DNA of 64,000 nt, taken from positions 1,184,001 through 1,248,000 of the forward strand of contig OZ241744.1 in NCBI GenBank assembly GCA_965200965.1, in the 5' to 3' direction. Source of the stretch: an uncultured Candidatus Binatia bacterium (GTDB lineage Bacteria; Desulfobacterota; Binatia; Bin18). This document shows positions 52,462 through 62,346 of the stretch, piece after piece (the stretch's first letter is position 1; each line of letters opens with the position of its first letter). Under the pieces are notes generated by a model that saw only the letters and a program-made list of their open reading frames with translations, had not been told where the DNA came from and did no database searches. A program made the translations under genes and the position numbers.

Positions 52462-54968
52462 GGCTCATGTCCACCGCCAAATAGACCGAGCTGGCCGGGG
52501 TTGGGCTCTGCCACACCAGACTTGGCCGGCCGCGGGCGTTTGCGCGGCCGGACGAGCTGGACACCGCGGGCTTCAAGGTCCTCAAGGACCTCCTGTGCGC
52601 GGCTGATCACCGGGCGGGGCAGTCCGGCCAGTTTGGCCACATGAATCCCGTAGGACTGATCGGCCGCACCGGGAATGACTTGGTACAGGAAGACGACTTC
52701 GCCCTTCCACTCCCGGACCGCAAAGGTGCGGTTCTCCAGGCCCGGCAGGAGCTGGTGTAAGTCGGTCAGCTCATGAAAATGGGTCGCAAACAGCGTCCGC
52801 GGCCTCGGGCCGTCTTGGTCAACCAGGAACTCAATAATCGCCCGCGCGATCGATAATCCGTCCGAGGTCGAGGTTCCGCGGCCAATCTCGTCCAACACCA
52901 GCAGACTGCGGGGGGTGGCGTAGTTCAGAATCTGGGCGGCCTCAATCATTTCCACGGCAAAGGTACTCTCGCCCAAGGCCAGGTTGTCCGAGGCCCCAAT
53001 GCGGGTGAAAATCCTATCGACAATCCCGATCCGGGCCGCGCTGGCAGGGACAAAAGATCCAATCTGGGCCAGTAACACAATCAGCGCCGCTTGGCGCAGA
53101 TAGACCGACTTGCCGCTCATATTCGGAGCGGTCAGGAGTAACAACTGATGCGCATTGCGATCGACCAGCAGGTCGTTTTCGACAAACTTTTTGCGCTCCA
53201 GCAAGGTCTCGACCACCGGATGGCGGCCACCTGTAATTGACAGGATCGACTCGTCACACATCTCGGGCCGCACATAGCGCTGGCGCAGTGCTACCTGGGC
53301 AAAGCAGGCCAGCACGTCGAGCTGGGCCACGGCCACGGCCACGGCCTGGATCACGCGCAGCCGGTCTAAGACCACGCCGCACAGCTGGCCGAACAGCTCT
53401 TGTTCGAGCGTTACCGCCCGCTCCTCAGCGTTCAGGATCTGGTCTTCATACTCTTTGAGTTCAGCGGTGACAAAACGCTCGGCGTTGGTCAAGCTCTGCT
53501 TGCGCATGTAGTCTGGAGGGACTTTCGACAGCTGACTCTTGGCCACCTCAAGAAAATAGCCAAAGACCCGGTTATAGCCGATCTTGAGGTTCGTGATGCC
53601 GGTCCGCTGGCCCTCACGCGCCTGCAGCGCGGCCAGCCATTGTTTGGCGTCGGCCGACAGCGAGCGCAGACGGTCCAGCTCCGCGTTATAGCCCTCGGCG
53701 AACACCCCCCCGTCGCGCGTATGAACCGGCGGGATATCGACCAGCGCACGACCGAGGCGGGCCCGGAGGTCACCCAGCTCGACCGCAACCTGGTCGCGCT
53801 GGATGCGCAACAGCCCCGACTCAGCCGAATTCAGCGTTTGCACCAGTTCGGGCAGCTGGGCCACCGAGTCGCGCAGCCCCGCCGTGTCTTTGGGCGTCGC
53901 TACCTGGGCGCTGAACCGCGCCAGCAGCCGCTCAAGGTCACGGACCGGAGCCAGCGCGCGGCGCAGGGAGTTGAGCACGGCCGGCTGCTGGACCAACTCC
54001 TCAACCGCCCCATGCCGGGTCTGAATCTCTTCAACAGACAGCAACGGGCTGCGCATCCAGCGGCGCAGCAGACGCTTGCCCATCGGGGTTAGGGTCTCGT
54101 CCAGGACATCAAGCAGGGTTTTGCCACCGCTGTCGGGGTGGGCCGTTCGGAACATCTCGAGGCTACGCTCAACAACCGCGCCGAGCTGCATGACGCTGGC
54201 CTGTTGGAGCCGTCTGGGCAGCCTGACATGCGGCAGGGCGACCTGCATATGATCTTGCAGAAAGCGGAGCACCAGGGCGACCGCGCTGGTTGTGGCCGGG
54301 CTCATCTCCAAGGCCCGCAGCGAGTCCAGCGCGTAGAAGGTCTGGATGCAGCTGCGGCTGTCTTCGGCTGAAGCGTGCCAGTCGTCGAGCCGGGTGACGA
54401 CAAGCTCGGGCCGCTGGCCAGTGCCAGCGCTGAATAGGGGTGAGGCAGCTCCGCTCTTGGTGGTGACAATCTCGCTGGGCCCTACCCGGTTGAGGGCGTC
54501 GGTGAGCGCATCCCCCGCCACCTCCCAAAACTGAAACAGTCCGGTTGCCGGCTCGAGCCAAGCCAAGCCCCAGACCTTCCCCGCCCAGGCCAAGCCCAAC
54601 ACACTCGGGCTGCTGGAGTCGTCCTCATTCTCGACAAAGGTCGAAGGGGTCACGACCCGGGTGACGCCGCGTTTGACCAATCCTTTGGCAGTCTTGGGGT
54701 CCTCCAGTTGATCGCAGATCGCGACCTTGCGGCCAGCTCTAATCAAACGCGCGATATAGCCCTGTACGGTGTGATGCGGCACGCCACACATTGGAATCCG
54801 GCCCGGGCCGGTCCCGCGTGAGGTGAGCGTCAGGTCGAGCAGCGCCGCCGCCTCTTGGGCATCCTCAAAAAAGATCTCGTAGAAATCTCCCAACCGCAGC
54901 AGGACGATCGCGTCGGGATACTCCCGCTTGGTATCGCGGTACAGTTGCATGGTCGGGCTGAGGGCCAT
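52458..54968 (-). CDS. mutS: DNA mismatch repair protein MutS
   Basis: GDFYEIF, PNMSGKS, GESTF.VEM, DEIGRGTST, FATHFHEL, SYGIHVA. Confidence 0.97.
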   Translation of the reverse strand: MALSPTMQLYRDTKREYPDAIVLLRLGDFYEIFFEDAQEAAALLDLTLTSRGTGPGRIPMCGVPHHTVQGYIARLIRAGRKVAICDQLEDPKTAKGLVKRGVTRVVTPSTFVENEDDSSSPSVLGLAWAGKVWGLAWLEPATGLFQFWEVAGDALTDALNRVGPSEIVTTKSGAASPLFSAGTGQRPELVVTRLDDWHASAEDSRSCIQTFYALDSLRALEMSPATTSAVALVLRFLQDHMQVALPHVRLPRRLQQASVMQLGAVVERSLEMFRTAHPDSGGKTLLDVLDETLTPMGKRLLRRWMRSPLLSVEEIQTRHGAVEELVQQPAVLNSLRRALAPVRDLERLLARFSAQVATPKDTAGLRDSVAQLPELVQTLNSAESGLLRIQRDQVAVELGDLRARLGRALVDIPPVHTRDGGVFAEGYNAELDRLRSLSADAKQWLAALQAREGQRTGITNLKIGYNRVFGYFLEVAKSQLSKVPPDYMRKQSLTNAERFVTAELKEYEDQILNAEERAVTLEQELFGQLCGVVLDRLRVIQAVAVAVAQLDVLACFAQVALRQRYVRPEMCDESILSITGGRHPVVETLLERKKFVENDLLVDRNAHQLLLLTAPNMSGKSVYLRQAALIVLLAQIGSFVPASAARIGIVDRIFTRIGASDNLALGESTFAVEMIEAAQILNYATPRSLLVLDEIGRGTSTSDGLSIARAIIEFLVDQDGPRPRTLFATHFHELTDLHQLLPGLENRTFAVREWKGEVVFLYQVIPGAADQSYGIHVAKLAGLPRPVISRAQEVLEDLEARGVQLVRPRKRPRPAKSGVAEPNPGQLGLFGGGHEP

Positions 54969-55110
54969 GATGCGCTCCGTGCTCCCTGTTTATTATCCGC
55001 TTTCCCGACCTGTAGCCAGGGGCCGAGTCCCGGCTTGATCTTCGGCACCGGAGGTGGTGAAGTGGCCGGGTCTGGGCCGTCGAGTGGAACAGACGGGAAA
55101 GGAAACACCA

Positions 55111-56274
55111 ATGGCGGGCGTGGCAACCCTGAACGAAGAAGATCAACAGATTCTGTCCACTATCCACCGTTTTGTTGAGCGCGATGTCAAACCGGTCGCC
55201 AGCGAGATGGAGCATAACGACGAATATCCGCATGAGCTGGTCGAAAAAATGAAGCAACTCGGTCTGTTTGGGGCGATTATCCCGACCCAGTACGGCGGGC
55301 TCGGTCTGTCGTTTTCGACCTATGCGATGATTATCGAGGAAATCTGTCGGGGGTGGATGAGCCTGACCGGGATTCTGAACTCTCACCTGCTGTTCGCCCA
55401 TATCATCGCCCGGTTTGGGACCGAGGAGCAGCGACACAAGCTGCTGCCAGGTATGGCCAGCGGGGAAAAACGCGGCGGCTTGGCCCTGACCGAACCGCAC
55501 GCCGGCAGCGATGTGCAGCGCATCAAATCCACGGCCGAGAAACACGGCGACCAATATCTGATTAACGGCAGCAAAATGTTCGTCACCAACGGTCGCCACG
55601 GCACTCTTCTGGCCATAGCGGCCAAGACCGACCCCAGCGCTCAGCCGGCCTATACCGGCATCAGTCTGTTGGCGGTTGAGAAAGGGGCACCGGGCTTGAC
55701 GGTCAGCCGGGATATTAAAAAGCTCGGCTATAAGGGGCTTGATACATGCGAGCTGGCGTTTGAAGATTTTCCGACCCCGGCCTCGAGCCTGATCGGCGGC
55801 CAAGAGGGCCAGGGCTTCAAACAGGTCATGGGTGGCCTTGAGGTCGGTCGCATCAATGTGGCGGCGCGCGCGGTCGGGGTGGCCCAGGCCGCGTTTGAGG
55901 AGGCGATTCGCTACGCCCAACAACGAGAGACTTTTGGCAAGCCTATATGCGAACACCAAGCCATCCAACTCAAGTTGGCCGAAATGGCGACCAAGATCGA
56001 GGCCTCCCGCCTGCTGGTACGCCAAGCCTCGCTGAAGAAAGACAACGGCGAGCGGTGCGATTTGGAAGCCGGCATGGCCAAACTGTTCGCCTCGGAGTCG
56101 TGTGAAGAAGTCGCCCTAGACGCCATGCGGGTCCTGGGCGGCTATGGTTACACCCAAGAGTTTCCGGTCGAGCGTTTTTACCGTGACGCCCCGCTGATGA
56201 TCATCGGCGAGGGAACGAGTGAGATTCAAAAGCTGGTCATCGCCCGCAACCTCTTGAAAGAGTATAAAATTTAG
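55111..56274 (+). CDS. Acyl-CoA dehydrogenase
   Basis: LTEPHAGSD, NGSKMFVTNG, R.TFGKPI, GGYGY..EFPVER.YRD, GEGTSEIQ. Confidence 0.95.
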   Translation: MAGVATLNEEDQQILSTIHRFVERDVKPVASEMEHNDEYPHELVEKMKQLGLFGAIIPTQYGGLGLSFSTYAMIIEEICRGWMSLTGILNSHLLFAHIIARFGTEEQRHKLLPGMASGEKRGGLALTEPHAGSDVQRIKSTAEKHGDQYLINGSKMFVTNGRHGTLLAIAAKTDPSAQPAYTGISLLAVEKGAPGLTVSRDIKKLGYKGLDTCELAFEDFPTPASSLIGGQEGQGFKQVMGGLEVGRINVAARAVGVAQAAFEEAIRYAQQRETFGKPICEHQAIQLKLAEMATKIEASRLLVRQASLKKDNGERCDLEAGMAKLFASESCEEVALDAMRVLGGYGYTQEFPVERFYRDAPLMIIGEGTSEIQKLVIARNLLKEYKI

Positions 56275-56466
56275 TCGGAGAGCCAACCGAAACGAAAACT
56301 TCCCTGTTCTGTCACTCAGGTGTCATCCGCCCTATTGGAGAGAGCCATATTTTTGTGTATGGGTAGAAGAAACAACCGAAATACATAGAGCCGTGCTCCA
56401 GCCCGCTCCCCTCCTCATATCTCCTTTTCTTCATGTGGGCATTGCAGACCTCGCACGGAGAGGCAC

Positions 56467-58530
56467 ATGTCGGCCGCACTGAACAACACCCGCAATATAG
56501 GCATCGTTGCCCACGTTGACAGCGGGAAAACCACCGTGAGTGAACGTATCCTGTACTACACCGGCCTCTCGCATAAGATCGGCGAGGTCCACGACGGAAC
56601 GACGATTACCGACTGGATGCCCCAGGAACGGGAGCGCGGCATTACCATCACCGCGGCGGCTATCACCTGTGAGTGGCTCCAGCACCAGATCAACATCATC
56701 GACACCCCGGGCCACGTCGACTTTACGACCGAGGTCGAACGCAGTCTGCGTGTGCTCGACGGGGCGGTAGTGGTTTTCTGCGCGGTCGGCGGGGTGGAGC
56801 CACAGTCGGAGACGGTCTGGCACCAAGCCGATAAATATGGGGTCCCGCGCCTCGTCTTCATCAACAAGCTCGACCGCCTTGGGGCAGATTTTCACGGCGT
56901 AGTTGAGCAGATCAAGAGCCGTCTGGGGGGCAAGCCAGTCCTCTTGCAATTGCCGTTCGGCAGCGAAGATACGTTTCGCGGAGTGGTCGATCTGCTGCGC
57001 CACAAGGTCATCGTGTGGGAAGAAGACACGCTGGGGGCACGCTTTCACGAGGAAGACATCCCGGCCGCAATGGCAGACGAGGTGGCTCACGCTCGTGAGC
57101 AGCTGATTGAGGCGGTGGCCGACGCGGACGATAGTCTGCTTGAGCAATACTTGGCCGGTGAAGCGGTGAGCGCAGACGCGCTGGGGCGCGCCATTGCGAC
57201 CAAGACCCGGGCGATGGACATCTTTCCGGTCTTGTGTGGCTCTGCGCTCCGCAATAAGGGTGTGCAGCCACTGTTAGACGCCATCGTGTCCTATCTGCCC
57301 CCACCGACCAAACCGGTCGAGGGTCACACGCCAAAAGGCGAGCCGCTCGAATGGCAGGTCACCGATACCATCCGGGCCGGCTTGGCCTTTAAGACCATCC
57401 ATGATCCATACTCGGGTCAGTTGACGTTTATTCGCCTGTATAGCGGCACCCTGAAAACCGGTGCGCAAATCTTTAATCCCCGCACCGATCAGACCGAGCG
57501 GGTCGGCCGCCTCGTGCGTATGCACGCCAACAAAAAGGAAGATATTGAACACACTGAAGCCGGCAGCATTTTTGCCGCGGTCGGGCTCAGGAACTTTACC
57601 ACCGGCGATACAATTGCCGACCGCAACCGGCCTGTCCTGTTAGAGTCAATTACCTTCCACGAGCCGGTCATCTCGCTAGCGGTTGAGCCAAAGACGAAGG
57701 CCGACTCGGAAAAGCTCGGCCTAGCCCTCGAACGTCTGTCGTCCGAGGACCCGACCCTGACTGTACAAACCAACACCGAAACCGGCCAAACTTTGCTGTC
57801 CGGCATGGGGGAATTGCATCTCGAAATCATCCTTGACCGGCTGGTCCGCGAGTTTCAGGTCGCCGTCAACACCGGCGCGCCCCAGGTCGCCTACCGGGAG
57901 ACCATCACCCGTCCGGCTCAAGCCGAGGGCAGATATGTGCGCCAGTCGGGCGGCCGGGGCCAGTTTGGGCATGTATATTTCAAGATTGAGCCGAATGGTG
58001 GCCAGGGACTCGTCTTTGTCAACGCCATTAAAGGCGGTGCCATTCCCAAAGAATACATTTCGGCAGTGGAAAAAGGCGTGCGTGAGGCGGCGGAGAATGG
58101 GGTCAGCTACGGCTGTCAGCTGCTCAATACAACGGTGACCTTATACGACGGGAGCTACCATGAGGTTGACTCCTCAGAGATGTCCTTCCACTTGGCCGGC
58201 GCGCTGGGCCTGAAAGAAGCGGTCAAAAAAGCCAAACCGGTCCTGCTCGAACCGGTCATGAAGGTTGAGGTAGTCATGCCCGAAGAGTACCTCGGGACGG
58301 TCATGGGCGACCTCCAGGCACGGCGGGGCAAGGTCACCGAATTGGGTGAGCGTGGCAGCCAGCGCGCGATTACAGCCCATGTGCCCCTGGCAAGCATGTT
58401 TGGCTACGCCACCAGCGTGCGTTCGATCAGCCAAGGCCGCGCCTCTCACAGCATGGAATTCGATCACTACGACCCCCTGCCACCGCACCTCATTGAAGAA
58501 GCGCTCGGCCTTCGCCGGCAAAGCTACTAA
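56467..58530 (+). CDS. fusA: Elongation factor G (stand-alone copy)
   Basis: [55 protein letters not shown]. Confidence 0.93.
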   Translation: MSAALNNTRNIGIVAHVDSGKTTVSERILYYTGLSHKIGEVHDGTTITDWMPQERERGITITAAAITCEWLQHQINIIDTPGHVDFTTEVERSLRVLDGAVVVFCAVGGVEPQSETVWHQADKYGVPRLVFINKLDRLGADFHGVVEQIKSRLGGKPVLLQLPFGSEDTFRGVVDLLRHKVIVWEEDTLGARFHEEDIPAAMADEVAHAREQLIEAVADADDSLLEQYLAGEAVSADALGRAIATKTRAMDIFPVLCGSALRNKGVQPLLDAIVSYLPPPTKPVEGHTPKGEPLEWQVTDTIRAGLAFKTIHDPYSGQLTFIRLYSGTLKTGAQIFNPRTDQTERVGRLVRMHANKKEDIEHTEAGSIFAAVGLRNFTTGDTIADRNRPVLLESITFHEPVISLAVEPKTKADSEKLGLALERLSSEDPTLTVQTNTETGQTLLSGMGELHLEIILDRLVREFQVAVNTGAPQVAYRETITRPAQAEGRYVRQSGGRGQFGHVYFKIEPNGGQGLVFVNAIKGGAIPKEYISAVEKGVREAAENGVSYGCQLLNTTVTLYDGSYHEVDSSEMSFHLAGALGLKEAVKKAKPVLLEPVMKVEVVMPEEYLGTVMGDLQARRGKVTELGERGSQRAITAHVPLASMFGYATSVRSISQGRASHSMEFDHYDPLPPHLIEEALGLRRQSY

Positions 58531-58549
58531 AGCCGGCCATCCTACCGGA

Positions 58550-58634
58550 TGCCGGAGGCGGGACTTGAACCCGCACGCGGGAGACCCGCTCAGGATTTTA
58601 AGTCCTGTGTGTCTACCAATTCCACCACTCCGGC
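58550..58634 (-). tRNA. tRNA-Leu (anticodon TAA)
   Basis: GCCGGAG acceptor stem, GGAATTGGTAGAC D-arm, CAGGA-CTTAAAA-TCCTG anticodon arm, long variable arm, GGTTCAAGTCC T-arm; CCA not encoded. Confidence 0.96.
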
Positions 58635-58650
58635 AAGGCTGAGGTGTCGG

Positions 58651-58680
58651 ATCGTATCCGCAACCAACCAGGGCTGACAA
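58651..58680 (-). promoter_or_regulatory. Sigma-70 promoter for tRNA-Leu
   Basis: TTGTCA-18 nt-TACGAT. Confidence 0.5.
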
Positions 58681-58705
58681 GGCCGCCGATCGACACCTCA
58701 GCAGT

Positions 58706-58734
58706 TTGACACCTCTGGGTCGGAGCATTAAGCT
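58706..58734 (+). promoter_or_regulatory. Sigma-70 promoter for the lipoprotein operon
   Basis: TTGACA-17 nt-TAAGCT. Confidence 0.6.
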
Positions 58735-58769
58735 AGGTCATGTAGTCCTCAGGCCGGGCCCGATGAGAT

Positions 58770-59792
58770 ATGCGATACCGGAAGTTGATGTGGATGCAGG
58801 CTGCTTCTTCCTCATGTCTGCCCGTGCTGCTCTGCCTGCCGCTGCTCTCAAGCTGTTCTTTTTTTCGGCCGCGGTCCATGTCCCCCAGTCCAGCCGCTGG
58901 CTCCCCGGCCTCGGAAATTCGTGATTTTATCCCCGGCCTGTCGAAAAACGCCGACGCGGACCGAAACCCGCAGTACGAAACCGAGGAAGATCTGCTCAAG
59001 ATTACCACCGAGTTTCAACGCGCTGAGGCCAACGACACCTATCGTTTTCCGCTGCCCCAGGACGTGACCGGTGCAAACGCGTATAAAGCCACCCTCAAAC
59101 GTCTGGACGATTACCAAACCAAGCACCCAGGTGCCTATCCGGTCCTGGTGGCCTTCACCCGAGGACGAGCCTATGAGGGCTTGCACGCCTATCCGCAGGC
59201 CCTTGAAGAGTATCAAAGTATCAGCGAAACGCACCATCGGCTGAAAGACGAGGCCGCTAAATCCGCTACCACACTGAGCAAATTCCAGGAACTGGCCCAG
59301 CGGCCTATCTCGGCCACCACCCCAGTTGTCTATCTCCAGGCTCTTGACGAGCAGGCCGCAGACTGGAGAGCACTCAGTCGGGAATTGTCTGGCACACGGT
59401 ATGAAACCCTGGCCTTGGAAGAGGCCGAGCGGGTTGAGGCGGCCAAGGTGACCTTTCTGAAGCTGAACCGCTACCAACTCCAAGACGGCCCGGAGAGCGT
59501 CATTGTCGCCTACCGCCAGTTGCTTGACAAACATCCAGAGAGCAAAAATCGCTACCGCTACCTGATTGAACTCGGCGACTTCTTTAGCGCTCTGGCCGAA
59601 GAGTATGTATCCCAGAACGACCCCGAGGGTCTGTCCTTTTCGGTCGCAACGTTTGAAGAGCTGGGCCGGGCCGCGCTGAGTCAATACGCCCAGGTCGCCC
59701 AACAGGACGGGGTGATCGAAAAGCTGCAAGCCAAGGGTAAACTCCAAGCCCTTGAGGCGTATATGGCCAAAATCGGACGGCTCGGACGCTGA
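58770..59792 (+). CDS. Hypothetical TPR-like lipoprotein
   Basis: Lipobox LLSS-C; helical pattern such as GRAYEGL..YPQALEEYQ and YRQLLDKHPES. Confidence 0.8.
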   Translation: MRYRKLMWMQAASSSCLPVLLCLPLLSSCSFFRPRSMSPSPAAGSPASEIRDFIPGLSKNADADRNPQYETEEDLLKITTEFQRAEANDTYRFPLPQDVTGANAYKATLKRLDDYQTKHPGAYPVLVAFTRGRAYEGLHAYPQALEEYQSISETHHRLKDEAAKSATTLSKFQELAQRPISATTPVVYLQALDEQAADWRALSRELSGTRYETLALEEAERVEAAKVTFLKLNRYQLQDGPESVIVAYRQLLDKHPESKNRYRYLIELGDFFSALAEEYVSQNDPEGLSFSVATFEELGRAALSQYAQVAQQDGVIEKLQAKGKLQALEAYMAKIGRLGR

Positions 59793-59798
59793 AGGCTG

Positions 59799-61856
59799 AT
59801 GGGAGGAGCTATGCGACTGCGTACCTGTCTGAGCGGTGTCCTCATTGGCCTGTGGCTGTTGAGTCCGGTGCGGGCCCAGGAATTTTCCGATCCCTTGATG
59901 CATCGGCTGACCGATGTGTACCCCAACTACAACCCGTTTATTCCACTCCTGCCGCCCGACCGCTATTTTCCCGATGCGGTTGGCAAGCAGGTCGCCAACG
60001 CCATTGTTGACGCCTACCTGACCGGCCCGCACTCCGTTGAAGAGCACATCCGCGCCTTGTCTCAGCATGACGTCGAGCTGCTGAGAGGCGGCCAGCACCC
60101 GACCGGCCTGACCGCCTATGTCAGGGCGCTGGCTACGGCTGAGGACTCCCCTCACCGGGCCGCCCCGGAGGTCGCCGTCGCCGAACTTGACGACCCTGCC
60201 GACAAGCTCCTAGCCCGGGCCGATACGCTGCTCGCAGACGAAAAACGCGGTCGTCTGGGACGGATGTTCAACTGGGTGCTGTCAACCTTTGATGTCGGCA
60301 GTGTGTTCCTCGGCGCTCCCCGCAGTCCCAGCCCCTATTCTGCCCAGGGGGTTATTTCGTCCCTCAGACGGCGGGGCGACGCGCCCAGTCCGCGCGAACG
60401 CAAAGCCCTGGTCCTGTACCAGCAGTTTTTGCGCCGCGCTCCCCACGACCCACGCGCGGCCGAGGTCCAAAAAAAGATCAATGCCCTGGAAACGCGCCGC
60501 CAAAAAGCCCTCTTGGACGAAGAACTTGACAAAGCCACAGCCGCCTTTGAGCAGGGCGACTACTGGGGCGCAAATTTCCACTACCAACTCGCGCTGATGG
60601 TCGATGACGAATCAGACCAGGCCCAGGCGGGGTTGCGTCAGGTTGAAGCCCGGCTCCAGGTCCTCGAACCCCTGGCCGACCAACAGCCCGAGGACCCCTA
60701 CCAACGGGTTCGAGATGCCAAATGGGACCATCAGGTCGAGACCTTCAAGTATGTCATGCCGGGCAGCTCTTTTGTCAAAGACAACTTTGCTGTGGCCGGT
60801 ATCCAGGTGGCGACCGAGGGGCTGGTTGGAGCGGCCACATTCGGGGTGCTGTCAATGGTTCAGGTCGGCACCAAACTGTGGCGGGTGATGATCAGCAACC
60901 CGGTCTCGCGCCAGGATGTCATTCGTGAGGCGCAGACCTATGTGCATCACACCCCGCCCGAACGACGGACGCCTCAGGTCTATGATCTGCTGGCTAACTC
61001 CTACCAGCGCGAGGGCAAGCTGGATCGGGCGATGCACTACTACCACCTCGCTGGACAGGAAGACAAAATCCCGAAACTCAAAGAACAGGCCGCCGCGGCG
61101 CTCCTCCAGCAGGCGGACAGTACGCCCCACCGGGCCGATAAACTGGCCGCCTTACAGACCCTGGCTGAACGCTATCCAGACACCGGGGCGGCCAAAAAAG
61201 CGGCACCACAGCTCCGCGAGTTGAGCCGTTGGGAAAATCAAGGGCTCCAGCTCAGCAAAGCCTTTCTCAAGGAGCACGACGATCTCATCGGTCCCCACGG
61301 CTTGGGGCTCAAGCCCCAACTGATGGATGGCGACTGGGACAATGTTGAACTCAGCGATGAGGGGATCACTATCTTGACCGATCGCAAGATTTCCCTGCAC
61401 CTGGCGACCGAGAGCGGTCCACACACCAAGGTCTACGGTGTGCCAAGCTTGGCCTGGGACCGATTTTGGCAGCATTTTCGGGCCAGAGGTTTTGACCGGG
61501 CGGCGCGTCACGGCGACCGCCAGCTCGCCCGCTTAGCCTTGGGCGCGGAAGAGGCCGACATCGTGCTCAAGAGCAGCCAGGAAAAGCATGCCCACCAGGG
61601 CTGGCGCGCCCTGCCTCAGCTGACCGGCAGTACCTCGGGCACGGATCTTGATATTCGTGGCGTTTTGCCAAAAGAAGTGCTCGGCACAAACCTCGCCTTT
61701 GGCAAAGACCAACGCAGCGCCTTTATCGGCATGGAGGTCTCCATGCCGTTTGTACCGGTCGATTTCCTGCTGCTTGGCCGCAGCGGCATGCCGTCGCTAT
61801 ATCCAAAGATTCGGATGCCGGACAGCAGGTTGAACAACGCAGAACTGTATCAGTAG
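59799..61856 (+). CDS. Hypothetical secreted protein with TPR-like segments
   Basis: Signal peptide ending VRA; YQQFLRRAP.DPRA, LAERYPDT.AA; beta-rich C-terminus; 6 nt after the lipoprotein gene. Confidence 0.8.
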   Translation: MGGAMRLRTCLSGVLIGLWLLSPVRAQEFSDPLMHRLTDVYPNYNPFIPLLPPDRYFPDAVGKQVANAIVDAYLTGPHSVEEHIRALSQHDVELLRGGQHPTGLTAYVRALATAEDSPHRAAPEVAVAELDDPADKLLARADTLLADEKRGRLGRMFNWVLSTFDVGSVFLGAPRSPSPYSAQGVISSLRRRGDAPSPRERKALVLYQQFLRRAPHDPRAAEVQKKINALETRRQKALLDEELDKATAAFEQGDYWGANFHYQLALMVDDESDQAQAGLRQVEARLQVLEPLADQQPEDPYQRVRDAKWDHQVETFKYVMPGSSFVKDNFAVAGIQVATEGLVGAATFGVLSMVQVGTKLWRVMISNPVSRQDVIREAQTYVHHTPPERRTPQVYDLLANSYQREGKLDRAMHYYHLAGQEDKIPKLKEQAAAALLQQADSTPHRADKLAALQTLAERYPDTGAAKKAAPQLRELSRWENQGLQLSKAFLKEHDDLIGPHGLGLKPQLMDGDWDNVELSDEGITILTDRKISLHLATESGPHTKVYGVPSLAWDRFWQHFRARGFDRAARHGDRQLARLALGAEEADIVLKSSQEKHAHQGWRALPQLTGSTSGTDLDIRGVLPKEVLGTNLAFGKDQRSAFIGMEVSMPFVPVDFLLLGRSGMPSLYPKIRMPDSRLNNAELYQ

Positions 61857-61875
61857 CCCCCCGCCCGGGTCTGCA

Positions 61876-62346
61876 TCAGGACTCTTCGGGTTTGCGAAAA
61901 CTGTCATGACAGCCCTTGCAGCTGCCAAAGACGGCCTTGAGCTTGGCCTTGGCCTCCTCCCCCCTGTCTTGGCTGGCGGCGTGGCCCAACTCCTCAGCCG
62001 CATCCCGCAAGCCATGGGCGGATTGGACAAAGGCGTCCCACCGCTGCCATATCTCAGGCTTGGCCCGTGAGGAGTCCGAGGCGCTGCCGGGAGGAAACAG
62101 ATGTGGAATCTGGCTGGCATGGAGGGCAATCGCCCCGGCATAGACCGCCGCGTCTGTGATCTGTCCGGCGTCCAGCCTGGCCTTGAGCTGCTTGGCGTTG
62201 GCCCCCACATTTTCCATCAGATACATGCGCACCGCCACCGCATCGTCCGGGTTCTTGGTACTGTGGGCCTGTTCACCGTGGGCACCAAGGCGCTGGGTGG
62301 CCAAGGCCACGGCCAGCACGGTTGCTGTCAAGACTATCCATTTCAT
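61876..62346 (-). CDS. Cytochrome c' / c556 (class II)
   Basis: Signal peptide, SRAKPEIW..W..F, C-terminal CKGCH. Confidence 0.92.
   Translation of the reverse strand: MKWIVLTATVLAVALATQRLGAHGEQAHSTKNPDDAVAVRMYLMENVGANAKQLKARLDAGQITDAAVYAGAIALHASQIPHLFPPGSASDSSRAKPEIWQRWDAFVQSAHGLRDAAEELGHAASQDRGEEAKAKLKAVFGSCKGCHDSFRKPEES

Noticed and set aside
58550-58634. tRNA-Leu as an island integration site
   Set aside because: No integrase, and I saw no duplicated tRNA 3' end in the window.
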